From NCBI GenBank assembly GCA_964573295.1, contig CAZNJE010000013.1, forward strand, positions 14,099 to 78,098: a DNA stretch of 64,000 bases, written 5' to 3'. This DNA is from an uncultured bacterium (GTDB taxonomy: Bacteria; Eisenbacteria; RBG-16-71-46; CAIMUX01; WJJG01). Under the pieces are notes generated by a model. It was not told the origin of the DNA. It made no database searches and saw nothing but the letters and a program-made list of their open reading frames with translations. The position numbers were made by a program, and so were the translations under genes. The stretch's first letter is position 1. Each line of letters opens with the position of its first letter. Positions 10,153-20,768 of this stretch are shown here, in pieces.

Positions 10153-11601
10153 ATGTGCGGCGTCATGGGCATGCTCAGCCCGCCACAGGACGACGTCTTT
10201 GCGGATCTCACGCACGGGCTCTTTCAGATGCAGCACCGCGGTCAGGACGCGTGCGGGATCGCGATCTCGGACGGCGACCTGCTGCGGCTGCACCGTGGCT
10301 TGGGCTACGTGCGCGAGGTCTTCGCCGACCGCCCCTACGAGGCCTTCCGCGGCTGGCTGGGTTGCGGCCATGTTCGGTACCCGACGCAGGGAAGCAATCG
10401 CCTGCAGAATGCCCAGCCTCACATGACCTCCTCGTTCCCCAACCGTCAGATGGCCTTGGCCTCGAACGGCGACCTGACCAACTACTGGGCAATCCGCGCC
10501 CAACTCGAGGCCCATGGTGTCCGATTCTCCGGCACCAACGACGCCGAACTCTTGCTCAACTTCATCACGTTTGACCACGTCTGTCAGGGGAAGAGCCTGG
10601 AAGAGGCGATCGCTCATCTGATGGGTGAGCTTCAGGGCGCCTATAGCGCTGTGCTGGTGACGCGCTCAGCCATGTACGCCTTCCGCGATCCCTACGGCAT
10701 CCGCCCGCTGTGTTTCGGCAGCGGCAAGGGCACCTGGGTGGTCGCCAGCGAAACCACCGCGCTCGACATCCTGCACGCGGATCTGGTCTCCGAGATCGAG
10801 CCCGGCGAGCTGATCCGTTTCGACCAGGACGGGGTGCGTCGCATCCCCCATCCGGCGCCGGTCGAAGCGCGCCACGGGCGGGAGAAGCCGGCCCATTGCG
10901 TCTTCGAGTACGTCTACTTCAGCCGCCCCGATGCGATCTGCTACGGCCAGCGGGTCTACGATGTCCGCAAGCGAATCGGCGCCTGGCTGGCCCGTCACGA
11001 CGCTGTCGAAGGCGATGTGGTCGTGCCGGTGCCCGACTCTTCGAACTCGGTTGCGCTGGGCTATGCGCTCGAGGCAGGGCTACCCTTCGAGTTCGGCTTG
11101 ATCCGCAACCACTACGTGGGACGCACCTTCATCAATCCCGATCAACCCCGGCGGGATGATAGCGTCCGGATGAAGTTCAATCCCCTGCGCAGTATCTTCA
11201 AGGACCGCCGCGTCATCCTGGTCGACGATTCGATCGTGCGGGGCACCACCTCGCGCAAGCTGGTGCGGATGGCGCGCGCCGTCGGCGCCAAGGAGGTACA
11301 CCTGCGCATCGGCAGTCCGGTGACGCGCCACTCCTGCTTCTACGGGATCGATACCCCCACGGCCGAAGAGCTGATCGGCAACCAGCTCAGCGTGGAGGAG
11401 ATTCGTGCGTACCTGACGGCCGACTCGCTCATGTACACTCCGGTCGAAGGCCTCCGGGAATGCGTGAATGACCAAGGGCAGTTCTGCATGGCCTGCTTCG
11501 ACGGCGACTATCCGGTGCCGCTCAGCGAGGCGAAGGTCTCGCGCGAGAGAGCCAGGCGGGTGAGGTCGGCCGCCGCCGAACCGGCCACCGAACCCGAGTA
11601 G
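10153..11601 (+). CDS. purF: Amidophosphoribosyltransferase
   Basis: N-terminal MCG, QHRGQD, GHVRYPT, NGDL, VDDSIVRGTT (PRPP loop), CFYGID and FCMACF. Confidence 0.95.
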   Translation: MCGVMGMLSPPQDDVFADLTHGLFQMQHRGQDACGIAISDGDLLRLHRGLGYVREVFADRPYEAFRGWLGCGHVRYPTQGSNRLQNAQPHMTSSFPNRQMALASNGDLTNYWAIRAQLEAHGVRFSGTNDAELLLNFITFDHVCQGKSLEEAIAHLMGELQGAYSAVLVTRSAMYAFRDPYGIRPLCFGSGKGTWVVASETTALDILHADLVSEIEPGELIRFDQDGVRRIPHPAPVEARHGREKPAHCVFEYVYFSRPDAICYGQRVYDVRKRIGAWLARHDAVEGDVVVPVPDSSNSVALGYALEAGLPFEFGLIRNHYVGRTFINPDQPRRDDSVRMKFNPLRSIFKDRRVILVDDSIVRGTTSRKLVRMARAVGAKEVHLRIGSPVTRHSCFYGIDTPTAEELIGNQLSVEEIRAYLTADSLMYTPVEGLRECVNDQGQFCMACFDGDYPVPLSEAKVSRERARRVRSAAAEPATEPE

Positions 11602-11641
11602 GACGGCGCTTTCGCGCACTGGCCCGCTGGTGGCGTACGGT

Positions 11642-12583
11642 TCAGTCACCGGTTCTCTTGCGGTCCTTCTCCTTCTCGGTCTTCTGCACCTGGTAGTCAT
11701 CGAGCGGCTCCAGATGGGCGATGACATCGACGACCGGCTCCAAGCGCTCGCATAGCACACGTTCCACCTCCTCGGCGACCGCGTGCCCTTCCTCGACGCT
11801 GATCGAAGGATCGACCTGGACGTGCAAGTCCACGTAGACCTCGGTCTCCGAGCCCCGGGTGCGAACCTGATGGCACCCCAGCACGCCCGGGACCTGGCCC
11901 GCCACCTCGCACACCCTCTCCGGTGCCAGGCGGGCCTGATCGGACAACGTCTCGTTCGCCTTCTTGAGTACCTTCCATGCGGCACGGGCAATGGCCAGCG
12001 CCACCACGAGCGCGACGATCGGATCCGCAATGGGAAAGCCGAGCTCGGTGGCCGCCAGGCCCAGAATCACCCCCAGACTGACCAGCACGTCGCTGGCGGT
12101 ATGGCTAGCGTCGGCCAGGAGAATCTCGCTACGGAGCTTGCGGCCGACCCTGCGCTCATAGAGCGTCACCCCGATGTTCACGAGCATCGTGCCGGCCATG
12201 ATGGCATAGGAGACGAAGGAAACCTCGGGAGCCCGGTCCGGCCGCACGAGCTGATGAAAGGCGCTCTTGCCGACCTCGTAGGCCACCAGGGCGAGCATCA
12301 TTCCGATCAAGGCGGACGCGTAGGTCTCGAACTTGTGATGCCCGTAGGGATGGTCCTTGTCGGCGGGCTGAGAGGCCAGGTAAATGCCCACGAGGCCGAT
12401 GACGTTCGAGGCGCCGTCGAACAGGCTGTGGAAGCCATCGGCCTGCATCGCGATCGATCCGGAAAGGATTCCCCAGACGAGCTTCGCAATCGCGACGGTG
12501 AGGTTGAGCGCCAGGATGGCCCACAGCACCCGCCGGACCTTTAGCGTTCGGGAGGCTCTGCTGCGCTCTCCGGTTCCGCTCAT
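11642..12583 (-). CDS. Cation diffusion facilitator (FieF-like) with cytoplasmic C-terminal domain
   Basis: ADGFHSLFD, HPYGHHKFE, ADASHTASD; C-terminal domain VDLHVQVD...EGHAVAE...IAHLEP. Confidence 0.9.
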   Translation of the reverse strand: MSGTGERSRASRTLKVRRVLWAILALNLTVAIAKLVWGILSGSIAMQADGFHSLFDGASNVIGLVGIYLASQPADKDHPYGHHKFETYASALIGMMLALVAYEVGKSAFHQLVRPDRAPEVSFVSYAIMAGTMLVNIGVTLYERRVGRKLRSEILLADASHTASDVLVSLGVILGLAATELGFPIADPIVALVVALAIARAAWKVLKKANETLSDQARLAPERVCEVAGQVPGVLGCHQVRTRGSETEVYVDLHVQVDPSISVEEGHAVAEEVERVLCERLEPVVDVIAHLEPLDDYQVQKTEKEKDRKRTGD

Positions 12584-12763
12584 GTGATAGCCCATCGCCC
12601 CCCCAAGCCGGCACGTCCGCCGCGCATCGCTCGCCGGCGGCAACTCCCATGGACGGCCCATCCTACGCCTACCCATCGGCGCGGTTCAACGCTCTCCCGT
12701 GGACCGGATCCAGATTCCGAATTCGCTCCAATGGAGCCGTTCAAGATGTGGGCGTGATCGAGT

Positions 12764-12800
12764 TCGATCCCGGCTCTCGATCCCGGCTCTCGATCCCGGC
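12764..12800. repeat. 13-bp tandem repeat x~3 (TCGATCCCGGCTC), intergenic
   Basis: Seen directly. Confidence 0.85.
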
Positions 12801-12865
12801 CCGAACCACAGACATTGCAAACCCCATCCTACGGATGGATTGCGCCCACACAAAGGAGGTCGCCC

Positions 12866-14302
12866 ATGCGTCGCTATCTCGTACTCGTCATCCCAATCAT
12901 CATGTTCTGCTTCATTGGATGTTCGCAGGAGGAAGTATCCTCTCCCGAACCTTCGGCAGACCAGCCTCTTGTCAGTCCCGAGCTGGAAGCCATCGCCTGG
13001 GATCTCATTGAGAAAGCACAGTGGCCCGTCGTGGCGCCCGGAGACGAGCTCGAGGCCCACGGACTCACCCAGGGCCACGGTCCCCACGGAGGCCCTCATT
13101 TCCCGCTCTTCGGCTTCGAACGTACGCGCATCCAGGGGAATATCTATCACTACTTCGTCGAGATCCCGGTCGGTCCCGGAATACATGAACGAATCGGCCT
13201 GCATCGGGTGGTCAAGGAACGCCGCCCATTCCGCCCGATCGACACCGATAAAACGCTCTTTGGCCTTCACGGCACCCCGGGGCATTTCGAGGTCATGTAC
13301 CTGGCCGGGACCGTGAGCGATGAAGTGCCCGATGATCAGTCCCTCGCCGTCTACCTGGCCGAGCACAACGTCGACGTCTGGGGCATCGATCAAGCCTACA
13401 CGCTGTTGCCGGGCGGCATCACCGACTTCTCCTTCATGGATGGCTGGGACATGGCCTTCGACGCTCAGAACCTGCGAACCGGGATGGCCGTCGCCCGTCT
13501 GGTACGGCTGATCACCGGCAGCGGCTTCGGGAAGATGAATCTGATGGGCTACAGCACGGGGTTAGCGGTCGGTTTCGCCGCCGTCAACATGGAGGCGCCA
13601 CTCCCCAACTGGCAGCGGCAGATCGGGGGCTTCATTCCGGTGGATTACTTCATGAAGACCGACGATGTCCCAAACATCGAGAGCGGGTGTGAGTATGCGG
13701 CCAGCCTCGAGGATATGCTCGCCGCAGGCGAATTTTCCACCAATGTCGGCGAGTTGTTCCAGACGATTGGCTACCTGGCAGACACCGATCCCGGGGGGGA
13801 CTCACCTATCATCCCAGACTTCAACAACTTGCAGACTGCCTTGTTCGCCGCTGCACAAACCAGCCTTTTCGCTGGATTTCCCGGTGACGCGCACTTCTTT
13901 GCCGGCATCTTCGACGATGAGACCGGCCTGCCTATCGACCTTCGCTACACTGATGTACAGCACTATCTCGATTGGCTACAGGCGTTCAACTACTACAATT
14001 CGAACTTCGTGGAGTACGACATTGCCGTCCTTCACTGTGACGAAGATGACTCGCCGCACGACGACTATCTGGACCTGATCGAGATCCCGGTCTTCTTCCT
14101 GGGCGCGAATGGGGGTTGGGGACACTTGATGGACTACACCGCCTCGCTCCTTACGAGTTGCGACGACATCGAGATCCTCAATGTCTCCCTCTACTCGCCC
14201 CAGGCCGAAGACGTCGGCCACGTGGACATCTACACCGCCGGCAATGCCGAGACAGAGTTCTGGTCGCCGGTGCTGGAGTGGATCGAAGACCACGCCGATT
14301 AG
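12866..14302 (+). CDS. Alpha/beta-hydrolase fold lipoprotein
   Basis: SD AAGGAGGT; lipobox FIGC; nucleophile elbow MGYSTG; C-terminal GHVD. Confidence 0.8.
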   Translation: MRRYLVLVIPIIMFCFIGCSQEEVSSPEPSADQPLVSPELEAIAWDLIEKAQWPVVAPGDELEAHGLTQGHGPHGGPHFPLFGFERTRIQGNIYHYFVEIPVGPGIHERIGLHRVVKERRPFRPIDTDKTLFGLHGTPGHFEVMYLAGTVSDEVPDDQSLAVYLAEHNVDVWGIDQAYTLLPGGITDFSFMDGWDMAFDAQNLRTGMAVARLVRLITGSGFGKMNLMGYSTGLAVGFAAVNMEAPLPNWQRQIGGFIPVDYFMKTDDVPNIESGCEYAASLEDMLAAGEFSTNVGELFQTIGYLADTDPGGDSPIIPDFNNLQTALFAAAQTSLFAGFPGDAHFFAGIFDDETGLPIDLRYTDVQHYLDWLQAFNYYNSNFVEYDIAVLHCDEDDSPHDDYLDLIEIPVFFLGANGGWGHLMDYTASLLTSCDDIEILNVSLYSPQAEDVGHVDIYTAGNAETEFWSPVLEWIEDHAD

Positions 14303-14323
14303 GCGGCTGCCTACCAGTCTCTG

Positions 14324-14373
14324 GGTGTCGCCGAAGCGGGCCGATCGTGTCTAGGCTCGCTTCGGCCGACACC
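14324..14373. terminator. Strong GC-rich hairpin after the hydrolase gene
   Basis: GGTGTCG-CCGAAGCGGGCC...GGCTCGCTTCGG-C-CGACACC; no clear U-tract. Confidence 0.45.
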
Positions 14374-14564
14374 AACCACGGCCTCACAGGCTCGCTGGCC
14401 GGCGCAAGCCAGATCGTCCACTCCGAGACCGTCCTGACCGCAAGCTCCTGAACCACGCTTCTTTGCCAGCACGCCTCTGGCCCTGAGCCCCTGCCTACGC
14501 TAGACTTCCGGGCATGCTTCGGCTCGGGGTCGAAGCGACGCCTTGGCGGAAGGAGAGCATTCCC

Positions 14565-16427
14565 ATGGAACATCCTCGTCTGGTGATGCCAGCGGCCGGC
14601 TTGGGCCTGCTGGCGGGCACCGCAGCGTGGGCGGGCATGGCCCTGCTGGTCGGCATGATCGTGCTGGCAGGCCTGACCGCACTGGCCGGCATGGCCGTAC
14701 CGGCCGGCGCCCAGACCATCGACGCCCAGGAGTACTGGCTCGACAATGGCATGCAGGTGCTGATCGTCGAGCGCCACGAGAGCCCAACCTTCATGGCGGC
14801 GATCGCCGCGCGGGTGGGGTCGGTCAACGAGATGACCGGCATCACCGGCATTTCCCATCTTTTCGAGCACATGATGTTCAAGGGCACGAAGACGATCGGA
14901 ACGAAGGACATCGAGCGGGACCTGGCCATCATGGCCCAGCTCGATTCGCTCCGTGCCCTAATGCGCGAGGAAGAGCGCGTGATGCGCGAGGCCTTGCGTC
15001 GCGGCCGGATCGATGACATGCACGATCCCAAAGCCAAGACGCCCCGCTACCGGGAGCTGGAGGCCGGCTTCGACCGGCTGATCGAGGAGCAGCGCGAGCT
15101 GATCGTGAAGGACCAGCTCGACGAAATCTACAGCAAGCACGGCGGCACGTTCTTGAACGCTATGACATCGAACGACATGACGATGTACTTCGTGCGGCTG
15201 CCCAGAAACAAGCTCGAGCTCTTCATGTGGATGGAATCCGACCGGTTCTTGAACCCCGTCTTCCGCGAGTTCTACTCCGAGCGCAATGTGGTGCGCGAGG
15301 AACGGCGCCTGACCCTGGAATCGACCCCCACCGGCCTCATCGACGAGGACTTCGCCTCGATGTTCTGGAAGTCTTCTTCCTACCGGTGGGAGGTGATCGG
15401 CTGGCCTTCGGATCTCTACAGCATCACCCGCGAGCAGGCCGAGGACTATTTCGATACCTACTACTCTCCCAACAACCTTACGATGATCCTGGTCGGCGAC
15501 CTCGATCCCGACGAGACGATGAAGCTGGTGCGCACCTATTTCGAGCGCTTGCCGCGCGGCACGAACGAGCCGCCCGATGTGGTCACGCTGGAGGAACGCC
15601 AGTACGGCGCCAAGCGCCTGGTCGCCGAGGCCGAGACCAGCCCGCAGGTCGAGATCTGGTACCACACCGTGGCCTGGAAGCACCCCGACAGCTACCCGCT
15701 CGACGTGCTGGCCGGCCTCATGAGCGGCAAGACCGGGCGGCTGTACAAGAAGCTGGTCGAGGAGCATGGCATCGCCAAAGCCTCGGTCTCCGGAGGCGGC
15801 CGCATGATGCCCGGCGGCGACAACCTGGCCGTCCGGGCCGGCCAGGATTCACGCAAGTATGCCGGCGCGTTCCAGATCAGCGCCGAAGGCGTCTCCGACA
15901 CGCGCTCCGAGATCCTTGAAGAGGCCGTCTACGAGGTCATCGAAGACCTCAAGACCCGCCCCGTGCCCGAGCAGGAGCTGCAGAAGGTGAAGAACCAGAT
16001 GCAGGTGCGCGACATCCGATTCATGGACATCATGTCGGGGCTTGGGATCATGTTCCGTCTGGCCCCCAACGCGGCGATGGGAGACTGGACCGAGGCGAAC
16101 CGCGGGCCCGAGAAGCGCGCGCAGGTAACGGCCGAGGACGTTCGCAGGGTCGCCAACACCTACTTCGCCGACGATCAGCGCAACATCCTCAACATCAACC
16201 CCAAGGCCGGCACCGAAGTGGCCTCGGAGGATGACGGCGATGCGCGCAAAGCGCAGATCGTAGAGCGCATCAAGGCGATCAAGGATCCCGCCCAGCTCGA
16301 ACAGATGATCGGCATGGTCCAGATGGGACTCGGCCAGGTCGAAGACCCCGAGCGCAAGGCCCAGATGGAAGAGATGCTCCAGATCGCCAGCGAACACCTG
16401 GAATCGCTGAAGTCGCAAGAGAAGTAG
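14565..16427 (+). CDS. M16 family zinc peptidase, catalytic subunit
   Basis: Inverted motif HLFEH, NAMTSND, ERNVVREERR; signal peptide; SD AAGGAGAG. Confidence 0.9.
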   Translation: MEHPRLVMPAAGLGLLAGTAAWAGMALLVGMIVLAGLTALAGMAVPAGAQTIDAQEYWLDNGMQVLIVERHESPTFMAAIAARVGSVNEMTGITGISHLFEHMMFKGTKTIGTKDIERDLAIMAQLDSLRALMREEERVMREALRRGRIDDMHDPKAKTPRYRELEAGFDRLIEEQRELIVKDQLDEIYSKHGGTFLNAMTSNDMTMYFVRLPRNKLELFMWMESDRFLNPVFREFYSERNVVREERRLTLESTPTGLIDEDFASMFWKSSSYRWEVIGWPSDLYSITREQAEDYFDTYYSPNNLTMILVGDLDPDETMKLVRTYFERLPRGTNEPPDVVTLEERQYGAKRLVAEAETSPQVEIWYHTVAWKHPDSYPLDVLAGLMSGKTGRLYKKLVEEHGIAKASVSGGGRMMPGGDNLAVRAGQDSRKYAGAFQISAEGVSDTRSEILEEAVYEVIEDLKTRPVPEQELQKVKNQMQVRDIRFMDIMSGLGIMFRLAPNAAMGDWTEANRGPEKRAQVTAEDVRRVANTYFADDQRNILNINPKAGTEVASEDDGDARKAQIVERIKAIKDPAQLEQMIGMVQMGLGQVEDPERKAQMEEMLQIASEHLESLKSQEK

Positions 16428-16463
16428 TCCCTGACGAGGGATCCTATAGAGGGAGTAAGAATC

Positions 16464-18110
16464 ATGGTGTCCACCCATCTGCCCACCTGTGCGAGCACCT
16501 ACGCGTCCGGCGGCGCGACCGCCTATGCATCCACCCGTACGTCCACCCACGGAACGCGCGGGGTCTCGGCCCGCGCGTCCCTTCGAGCCGCTGTCTCCGC
16601 GCACGCGTTTCTTTGGACCACGCTGATGGCCTGCGCGCTGATCAGCCTCGCGCCGGCCTTCGCCCCAGCCTTCGGGCTGGGCTCCGCGCCGGCGCACGCC
16701 GGCGAGATCGCCGACCATCCCGACCAGCTCACCTTCCCCGAGTTGACCTTCACCCCGCCTGAGCCGGCCGATTACCGCCACGAGCTCGACTGTGGCGTCA
16801 CCGCCTACATCGCCGAGAACCATACGGTCCCGACCTTTGAACTCACGATCCTGGCGCGCACCGGATCGATGTACGAGCCGGTGGAGAAGGCCGGCCTGGC
16901 CACGATGACGGGCCACCTCATGCGAAACGGCGGCGCCGGCGAATTGACGGCCAGCGAGTTGGACGAACGGCTCGCCTACCTGGCGGGCACGATCGATGTC
17001 CGGATGCTGGACGACCAGGCCCGCGTCTCGCTGTTCTGTCTATCCAAGGATGTGGACGAGGGGTTGGATTTGCTGCGCAAGGTGCTGCGCGAGCCGCTCT
17101 TCGATCAAGCCATGCTGGAACGTCACCGGACCGACATGCTTGCCGAGCTCGAGCAAGGCAATGCCTCGACGGCGGCCATCGAAGATCGCGAGTGGGCCTT
17201 CTTGCTCTACGGCCACCATCCGTGCACGAACCGCTACCGCCGAACCGCCGCCTCGCTGGAATCGATCACGCGCGAGGATGTCAAGAGCTTCCACGCCCGT
17301 TTCTTCTTCCCTGCCAACTTCGTCGTGGCCGTCTCGGGCGACTTCGAGATTCGCGCTGCCATCGAAAGGCTGGAGAATCTCTTTGCGGACTGGCCGTCGC
17401 CGCGAATCATGATCCCGCCGGTCACCGATCAGGTCGCCGAGCCGGCACCCGGCGTCTACATGATTCCGAAGGCCGACGTGAATCAGTCCCGCGTCCGGAT
17501 CGGGCATCTGGGCGTGACGCGTGACATTCCCGAGCAGTATGCGCTCATGTTGATGAACGAAATCTTGGGCGGCGGCGGCTTCAGCTCGCGCATCACCCGT
17601 CGGGTGCGCTCCGACGAGGGTCTGGCCTACAGCACGGGAAGCCGCTTCGACCGCCCGGTAGATTATCCGGGCACGTTTCGCGCATGGTTGCAGACGAAAC
17701 ATGCCACCGCCGCGTTCGGCTCGCGTCTGATCGTCGACGAGATCGAGCGGATCCGCGACGAGCGCTGCTCCGAAGACGCTCTCGAGCTCGCGAAGGCCAG
17801 CTTCATCGGCAACCTGGTCAACCCGTTCAGCAGCAAGAGCAGCATCGTGGAGACCTTCGCCCAGGACGACTTCACCGGCCGGCCCGACGATTACTGGCAG
17901 GACTACCAAGAAAAGATCCAGTCGGTCACGCCCGAGCAGGCGCAGGAGGCCGCCCGGAAGTTCCTGCATCCCGATGAGCTGATCTTCTTGGTGGTGGGAG
18001 ACCCCGAGGCCGTCCAGGCAGGGTCGGAGAAGCACCCCGACCGTTTCTCCGACTTCGGGAAGGTCACGGTCATGCCCCTCCGAAACCCGATGACGTTGGC
18101 CTTCGAGTAG
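16464..18110 (+). CDS. M16 family peptidase, non-catalytic partner subunit
   Basis: No HxxEH; ILGGGGFSSRITRRVRSDEGLAYS motif; secretion signal. Confidence 0.85.
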   Translation: MVSTHLPTCASTYASGGATAYASTRTSTHGTRGVSARASLRAAVSAHAFLWTTLMACALISLAPAFAPAFGLGSAPAHAGEIADHPDQLTFPELTFTPPEPADYRHELDCGVTAYIAENHTVPTFELTILARTGSMYEPVEKAGLATMTGHLMRNGGAGELTASELDERLAYLAGTIDVRMLDDQARVSLFCLSKDVDEGLDLLRKVLREPLFDQAMLERHRTDMLAELEQGNASTAAIEDREWAFLLYGHHPCTNRYRRTAASLESITREDVKSFHARFFFPANFVVAVSGDFEIRAAIERLENLFADWPSPRIMIPPVTDQVAEPAPGVYMIPKADVNQSRVRIGHLGVTRDIPEQYALMLMNEILGGGGFSSRITRRVRSDEGLAYSTGSRFDRPVDYPGTFRAWLQTKHATAAFGSRLIVDEIERIRDERCSEDALELAKASFIGNLVNPFSSKSSIVETFAQDDFTGRPDDYWQDYQEKIQSVTPEQAQEAARKFLHPDELIFLVVGDPEAVQAGSEKHPDRFSDFGKVTVMPLRNPMTLAFE

Positions 18111-18364
18111 GCGGCCCCTGGAGGTGAAGTGGACCCGGCAACTCCACCCCAAGGATCTCGAGCAGATCCAGAGGCACCCCAATGCCGTCATCGCGAGCCG
18201 GGCGCGAAGCACAAGCGACCTCTTGGGGATCCCGGTTGTGCCCGTGCCCGTCGTCGCTTTGCGGATTGACCATCTTCCCCAGTGACAGACGCCGAATGGC
18301 TTGTGCCGAACGGTCGGTGCCGAATGGTTCACCGGGAGCCGCCGCATCGTAGCGACGACCGAAT

Positions 18365-19810
18365 CTAGGGCCCGCTGTCCGGCTCACGCCCGGATGAATA
18401 CCACACGCGGTACCCGGTGGGGTCCACGGTCAGCTCACCTTGCAGCGAGCCCTCCGCCACGGGGTGGAACTGCCCCTCGCGCCATTCGTACCACGCCCGG
18501 GCCGCCAGGCCCGGGGGCAACCGAAACGTAGGGCGCAGATCCGAGAGGTTCACCGCGCAGAGCATCAGCTCGCCTTCCAGCGAACGGGCATAGACCAGAA
18601 TGTCCGGATGCTCTGCGGGAATCCGTTCCAGCGAACCCCGCCGCAGGACGGCGCTGCTCCCGCGTAGCCTCGTGACATCCCTGTACAGATCGAGGTAGTC
18701 CGGATTCCCTTCGGCCCACGCCACCGACCACGGTTCACTCGGCGTCGCCGGGGTGCGGTCGGCGATCTCCTGTCCCATCAGAAGCTGAGGCGTTCCGGGT
18801 ACGGTCATCAGGAAGGCGGCATAGCCACGCACATACGGCCAGCGATAGAGCGTGCTCGAGCGCGGGCTGAAGTGATCTTCCAGGTAGATCACGGTCGTCT
18901 GGTTGGGGCCCGGAAGATCGGCGGTGGCACTCAGCGCAAGCCAGAGTTCCTCGGTCAGGCCGGGTTCGGCCATGTCCTCCATCCGGCACTCGTCGAGCCG
19001 CTCCTTGAGCCCAGACGCATAAATGGCGTGAAACCCGAGCTCGAGCGATCGCGGGTCGGCCGACTCGGCCATGAAGACGAGGCTTGGGTAGGTTTCGTGA
19101 AGATTCAAGATGAGCGCTTGCCAGAAGTCGTCCGGGGCGAGGGTGGCCAGCGCGCACCGAAAGCCATCGACGCCGGCCTCGCGTACCCAATGCTTGAGTG
19201 TGCCTTCGAGATACTCGCGCGCCGCGGCGTTGTCGAAGTCGAAATCCGCAATGCCCGTCCAGCGGGCCATCTTGCGCGTCAGGACGCCGGTGGCATCGCG
19301 GCGGAACCAGTCCGCATGCTCGTCGATCCGCACATGATTCACGGCCGCCACCGGCAAGACCACATCCAGCAGCACGCGCAACCCGCGCTCGTGTGCCGCC
19401 GTGACGAAACTCCGTAGCGCGTCCAGGTCCCCGAACTCGTCGGCTACGGCTGCGTGATCCCGAACGGCATAGAGATTCCCCAGTTCCCCGTCCCGCTCGG
19501 GCTCGCCGGTCGGGAAGATCGGGGCCAGCACGAGGTTGGCCACGCCCAGGTCCGAGACGCGATCTAGCGCTTGAGTGGCCCCATCCAGATCACCGCTCGA
19601 TGAGAATGCCCGCAAATGCAGCTCGTAGAGCGTGTGGCCCATGAACCAGTCCAGCCTCCCAGGATCCTGGTTGTGGGCCTCGACCGCACCTTCGGTCTTA
19701 CGATCCCCGCCGCATCCGGCGGTGAGAAGAAGGGCGGCGCCGAACAGGAGGGCGGCCCACACAGGCGGGCGGCGCAAGGCGTCCAGCGGGCAGGTTTCGT
19801 GCTCAATCAT
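18365..19810 (-). CDS. GH13 alpha-amylase-fold lipoprotein, predicted catalytically inactive
   Basis: Lipobox LLLTAGC; YELHLRAFS, GNLYAVRDH, FGDLDALRSFVTAAHERGLRVLLD, GVDGFRC, PQLLMGQE. The conserved Asp positions read RCAL and EDHF. Confidence 0.85.
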   Translation of the reverse strand: MIEHETCPLDALRRPPVWAALLFGAALLLTAGCGGDRKTEGAVEAHNQDPGRLDWFMGHTLYELHLRAFSSSGDLDGATQALDRVSDLGVANLVLAPIFPTGEPERDGELGNLYAVRDHAAVADEFGDLDALRSFVTAAHERGLRVLLDVVLPVAAVNHVRIDEHADWFRRDATGVLTRKMARWTGIADFDFDNAAAREYLEGTLKHWVREAGVDGFRCALATLAPDDFWQALILNLHETYPSLVFMAESADPRSLELGFHAIYASGLKERLDECRMEDMAEPGLTEELWLALSATADLPGPNQTTVIYLEDHFSPRSSTLYRWPYVRGYAAFLMTVPGTPQLLMGQEIADRTPATPSEPWSVAWAEGNPDYLDLYRDVTRLRGSSAVLRRGSLERIPAEHPDILVYARSLEGELMLCAVNLSDLRPTFRLPPGLAARAWYEWREGQFHPVAEGSLQGELTVDPTGYRVWYSSGREPDSGP

Positions 19811-20768
19811 CCTCGTCCTTCTCCTGGTTTCTAGACGCGGGCTTGGGAGGAGAGATCCGCCGCCGGGGCGGGGAGTCTCCGGCCTTCTCTTGGCTGTCAC
19901 GCAGGTAGTAGATCGACCGTGTCGGATCGGGGTCCAGACGCACGGTGCTGCGCTCGAAGACCTCGCTGAGCGCGTTCAACCACTGTAGATGCCGCGTGAT
20001 CTCGGGCGATCGTCGGTACTCGGCCGCCAAACGCGCGAAGGCGACCGAGTCGCTGCTCGCCCGTTCCCGGGCCTCGGTGGCGTGGGCCTCGGCGGCCGCG
20101 ACGCTTGCACGCGCCTCGCCACGCGCGCGCGGGACGACCGCGCCGGCGTACCCGCGGGCGTCCTGGACGATTTCCTGCTTCTGCGAGCGAGCGCTCGCCA
20201 CACGCTGGAAGGCCTCACTCACCGTCTCCGGCGGAGAGACATTCGCCAGTTCCACCGAGATGATGCGCACCCCCAGGTCGAGCCGGTCGGCCACCCGCTG
20301 GACCGAGTCACGCACCGTCTGCCTCAGGAGCGACTGCCCGCCGGTCATGGCGATATCTACGCTGACCGCGGCAAGTTCCCGGCACAGGCTTTCCTGCCCG
20401 ATGGCCCGCAACACACGATCGAGCTCCCGCACACCGAATCTCGAACGATCGAGGTCGTAGATATCGTAGCTGGCGATGGCGCTGACCATGACCAGGTTGG
20501 CATCCCCGGTAAGGAGTTCGCGCCCCTCTACGCCTACCTGCAGCTCCAGACCATGGACCTCACTCACTCGCGCCCGCGTGACCCGGTCGATGGGGTAGGG
20601 CAAATGGACATGCACCCCCGGTTCCGCCTGCCGTGCGATGACCCGGCCCCAGCGCAGGACCAGGGCCTCCTCACCGCTGGAGAGGGAGTAGACACCGCTG
20701 GCGAACCACGCGGTCAATGCGGCCCCTACGAGCAGCCCCACGAGCAGCCGGGTGTGATTACGGCGCAT
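19803..20768 (-). CDS. hflK: HflK-like SPFH protein
   Basis: TM helix then GEEALVLRWG, PGVHVHLPYPID, LLTGDANLV, PPETVSEAFQRV, ARGEA coiled-coil; stop overlaps the next ATG (ATGATTGA). Confidence 0.85.
   Translation of the reverse strand: MRRNHTRLLVGLLVGAALTAWFASGVYSLSSGEEALVLRWGRVIARQAEPGVHVHLPYPIDRVTRARVSEVHGLELQVGVEGRELLTGDANLVMVSAIASYDIYDLDRSRFGVRELDRVLRAIGQESLCRELAAVSVDIAMTGGQSLLRQTVRDSVQRVADRLDLGVRIISVELANVSPPETVSEAFQRVASARSQKQEIVQDARGYAGAVVPRARGEARASVAAAEAHATEARERASSDSVAFARLAAEYRRSPEITRHLQWLNALSEVFERSTVRLDPDPTRSIYYLRDSQEKAGDSPPRRRISPPKPASRNQEKDEDD

Noticed and set aside
14565-18110. M16 active/inactive pair as a novel system
   Set aside because: Heterodimeric M16B pairs with one HxxEH-less subunit are well known.
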